From Bilabrum cf. latius (taxonomy: Eukaryota), in assembly GCA_965178125.1 (NCBI GenBank), contig OZ237772.1:434001-498000 (forward strand): a DNA stretch of 64,000 bases, in the 5' to 3' direction. The notes under the pieces were generated by a model. That model ran no database searches and had not been told where the DNA came from. It saw only the letters and a program-made list of their open reading frames with translations. Numbering within the stretch: the stretch's first letter is position 1; every line of letters begins with the position of its first letter. The position numbers were made by a program, and so were the translations under genes. This document shows positions 60,059 to 64,000 of the stretch, in pieces.

Positions 60059-62315
60059 TCACTTCCCCTCTGCACTGGCCCCTCCCGCCGCCGCCTCAGC
60101 CCCCTCCCCTTTCTCCGTCCCCTTTTCCTCCCCGTCCTCTAGCTCGGCCCCCTGCTGCCTCATGGCGCTCACCCACGTGTCGCGGTCCGCCTCGCTGTCG
60201 GCGGTCAGCACCCAGGTGCGCTTGGCGCTGGTGCCCGGCTTGGGCTTCAGCACGATGGCGAGCTCCTCTTTCTCCTTGCCCTTGGCTCCCTCCGCCGCTT
60301 TGCCCACATGCACTACATGGTCAGACATGCCCACTTTCTGGTTCTTGATCGGAGTCTCCCCCGCCTCCATCGACTCCCTTGTCTTGTAGTAGCACAGCGA
60401 ACCCGCTTCCAGCACGAAGAACCTTCGCTTGGCAGAGCCGGAGAACACGCCAGCCTCGGGCTGCTTGAGCAGGAATCCCGTCACCTTGGAAGAGGCCGTG
60501 ATCGAGGACCCGGAGCCGGAAGCAGGAGCCACCCCTGCATCCGCTGCTGCATCTCCCTCTGCCTATGGCTCTGCCTCTGCCTATGGCTCTGCCTCTTTCT
60601 CCTTGGTACCTCCCTCTGCCGCTGGAGCCCCCTCAGACTCCTTCTCCTTCTCTTTTCCACTGCTGGCCTCCTCTTTCTCCTTCCCAGCTGCTGCTGCTGC
60701 CTCACCCACGGCATCCCCCGCTTCCTGCTTCTCCGTAGACGACGACCCTTCTCCTTCTGCTTCTCCTTCTCCAGCTCCACCGGCAGCCGCCGCGCCACCA
60801 CTGCCATCTTCCGGCTCCGAATCCCCGGCCAGCGCCCCCGCCAGTTCCCCCGCGCTGAGCGCCCCCGCCGCCTCGAACACCCCCACCCATGCGTCTCTCT
60901 CCTCCACGCTGGCCGCCCGCAGCTGGAACTGGCGCAGCCCCCGGCCATCAGCTGTGGACACGGTGCCCTCGGGGGCTGGCTGCCCGGGCTTGGGCAGGTT
61001 TACCGCCGGGACCAGCCGGAAGGCCTTTCCATCCCTGGGGTCGGGCACGACCGCGAACTTGGTGAGGTGCAGAGCCCTCCCCTTGATGGGGTCAGCCCCC
61101 GCCTTGTGGTCCTTCTCGCTCTTGTAATACCGGAACACCTGGTTGTCCAGCACCACGAACCGAGTGACCCACCCCGCCAGTGTCCCCTCCCCCCTCTTCT
61201 CCAGCTCGCCCACCATTACAGGGTGCGGCTTGGACCCTGCAGCTCCCCCCCCCTCCATCTCTTCGTGGGCCGCAGCAAGGTGCACGGGCTTGGCCCCCTC
61301 CTCCTGCCCCGCGACAGCTCCAGGCACGCCCGCGGGTGCCTGCCCCTGCGCCAGCGAATCCAGCGCCTCCTGCCCCCGGGCCCCGTGCGCCTGCAGCACG
61401 TGCACCCAGTCATCCCTGGCCTTCTTGTTGGGAGCACGGAACACAAAGGTCCGGAGGCTCTTCCCATCCGCCGATACCACCACCCCGGGGGTGACGGACC
61501 CGTCCGCCGCAGGGGGAGGCACGGCCGGCACCAGGCGCAGGGTCCAACCCGAGCTCTCATCCAAGGGCTCCACGTCGCCGACGGCCGCGTGCCGGTCCAG
61601 CTGCAGGACACGGTCCTTGACAGGCGGTGCGCCGGCCTCGTATGCAGCCTCGTTGGCGAAGTACCTGAATTCCCGGCCTCCGACCACGACGTAGCGCATG
61701 GTCCACCTGGCATTGGCGCCCTCGCCCTGCTTCTCGAGCTTGCCCGCCATCACCCGGTCGCTCTCGGGATCCACGGACTTGCCAACCTGAACTCGCTCGG
61801 TTTCAGTCCCATTTGCAGATGCATCAGCCTCCGTATTCGGGGCTTCTTCTGGTGCATCGTTGCCGCCTGCGTTCGCGGGTCTGCCCTTGTCATCGCTGGC
61901 CTGCCCTGTGGCGCCCGCCCCACTCGCTGCGTGCGGTTTGTCAGAGCTTGCATTTGCATTAATATTTTTAGTAGGTTCCGTAGTCGTTGTGCTGTCCTTT
62001 GAGCTAGTAGCCTTCGGCTCGGGTGGAAACGACTGCGCTCGCGCGGCGGCAGGCGCCGGAGCTGGCGCCTCTACCTGCGATGGGTTGGAAAAGGATCCGA
62101 ATCGTCAAGTGTGACATTGAATCGGTACAGTTATATGCAGCGAAACATGCATGCATGCCGGTGGCTTGAAGTTTCAGCTCGTCGCTCGCCGGTGGTGAAC
62201 GGTTCAGAGCGTGAGGCCGCAAGTCGCATCAAAAAGGCGCTATCAATCGACACAGCCTCACCGACTTTGCAGTCTCAATATCATCGTTCGATAAGTTAGA
62301 TGCACCGCAACCCAT
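60059..62315 (-). CDS. Triple PH-domain protein with an N-acylation motif (intron 62075-62261)
   Basis: Starts MGCGAS; three PH repeats (G.L.K...RxxV...W); TAGs at 60581 and 60563 in the linker; ends TGA. Confidence 0.88.
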
Positions 62316-62585
62316 GATTAGCGGTCCTACAGGTTTGGGCTCGAAATGCGCACGCTGATTGGCACCGAAGAACCGCCGGAGCGAACCGAAAAGGGGATCG
62401 GCACCGTGACGAACCACAGGCAACGGTGGATGCAAGCACCATGCAAGGCTTTGCCCCCGCATGGTCCAGCGAGAACCTGAGATATTGCTGGTGTAGTAAC
62501 AAGTAGGACCGTGCAAGGCGCACCACGTGACTGGAATTGAAAATCGCTGCTCTCAGCGCAAAGCAGCCAACACGCCTGCTTAAAA

Positions 62586-64000
62586 TCAGAACGGCCTCGC
62601 CCCTCTCTTGCCCTTGCCCCCGCGCTTGCCCTTGCCCTTGGCACCGCCCCGGTACATCCCCACGCGATTCGCGCTCTGCCACTGCCTCCTCCCGCTGGCC
62701 CCTGCCGCATCCGCAAGCCCTGCCCCCGCCCTCGCCTTGTCGCTCAGGCCCCCGTACCCGACGGCCGCCACTGCCTCATACTGCCGGCCCACCGCCCCGC
62801 TTCCGCTCCCCGTCTGCGCCTCTGCCGCGGCCACCTGGCGAGCGTTGTTCGCGAACGACCGCAGCGGATCTGCACCGCCCATCCCCCCCCTGGCCCCCGC
62901 CCCAGGGGCCATCTGCCTCCGCCTCTTGCGCTCCCGGCGACTGCCCCCCTGGTCCAGTCCGCCACCCGCCGCCTCCGCCGCGGCCTTGATCGAATCCGGA
63001 ATCAAATAGTCCGGCAGCTTGCCCAGGTGCGCCCGCACGGCAGCCCCCGCCCCCCTGGCTCCCTGCCTCAGTTTCTGCGCGAGGGCCTCCTTGTCCCTCG
63101 GGTTGGCCTCGAAGTGCGCCTGCAGCCTGGCCGAGTTGAGCATCTCCCTCCGGAGATCTTCCGCGCGGGCATGCCGCACCTTGGTCCTTGTTATGCTCTG
63201 CAGCACGTCGTCCACTCTGTACCTGAAGCCCTCCACCTCTCTCGCGTCGAAGGGCAGGGGCGCGGGCTGGGGCCCACCGTCCTCCCCCGGTGCCTGCGAG
63301 GCCCTCAGCTCCTCCAGCAGCGACTGCTCCGCCTTGTTCAGCGTTGTGACGAGTGAGACGGCGGCTCCGCTGGCTCCCCCGCGAGCCACCCTCCCGATCC
63401 TGTGCCTGTATGCCCGCGCGTCGGCCGGCATGTCCACGTTCACGACAGTGCCCACCCCCCTAAGGTCGATTCCACGGGCAATGCCGTATTCCGCGTCGGT
63501 GCCTGGACCCCTGCCCCCGCTGCTCTTGCCGTTGCCCCTGCTCCTGCTTGGCCCGAATCGCTCTTTCTTCTCCTCGTCCTCCTCTAACTCAGCGCGGGGC
63601 CTCTTGCGGCCAGCCGATGCCTTGGGAGCCCCGGACTTGCCGCCCCCCTCCCCCTCCCCCTCCCCCTCCTCATCGTCATCGTCATCCTCATCATCGTCGT
63701 CATCATCCTCCTCATCGTCATCGCCAGCATCCTCCTCATCGTCGTCTCCCTCGCTTCCACTCTGTTCCCCCCCATCGCCTTTCGCGCCGACAGCCTCCTC
63801 CTACTCCTCCTCTTCGTCGCTTTCACTTTCACCTTCACTTTCACTTTCGCTATCACTTTCACTTTCGCTATCACTTTCGCTGTCGCTGTCCTCCTCTGCC
63901 CCTCCCAGCGCCCCATCGGTGGCCACAAGGTAATCGAACATGCCCCGCTCAAACTCGCGGAGCACACGAAGCCTAGAGTTGGCAGGAAGTTCGCCGTGGA
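62586..64000 (-). CDS. DDX56: DEAD-box RNA helicase DDX56/DBP9, C-terminal part (5' end outside the window)
   Basis: ELPANSR, LVATD, EYGIARGID, YRHRIGRVAR, FRYR, EMLNS...HFEANPRD; acidic insertion contains an in-frame TAG; ends TGA. Confidence 0.92.

Overview
A gene-dense, GC-rich eukaryotic nuclear region with short GT-AG introns and very short intergenic spacers. It resembles a heterotrophic protist such as a Cafeteria-like stramenopile, but the taxon is only an inference. The main result is a non-standard genetic code: TAG is a sense codon, most likely Gln, while TAA and TGA remain stops. Read this way, the fragmented ORF track merges into about 25 coherent coding sequences. These include TYW1, a GNA1-domain protein, COMMD1, an F-box/WD40 protein, DDX56/DBP9, two PH-domain proteins, a Crinkler-like NTPase-nuclease and a 3,796-aa single-exon protein, and none of them ends in TAG. 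A local tandem duplication shows TAG<->CAG swaps at Gln sites and TAA<->TGA swaps at stops. Mobile DNA comprises a pogo-like transposon nested inside the TIR of a second pogo-like transposon, and a complete Ngaro-type tyrosine-recombinase retrotransposon with split direct repeats; all are written in the same code. A 12-mer (CACTCGTCACAC) recurs inside unrelated host genes on both strands and in several reading frames.
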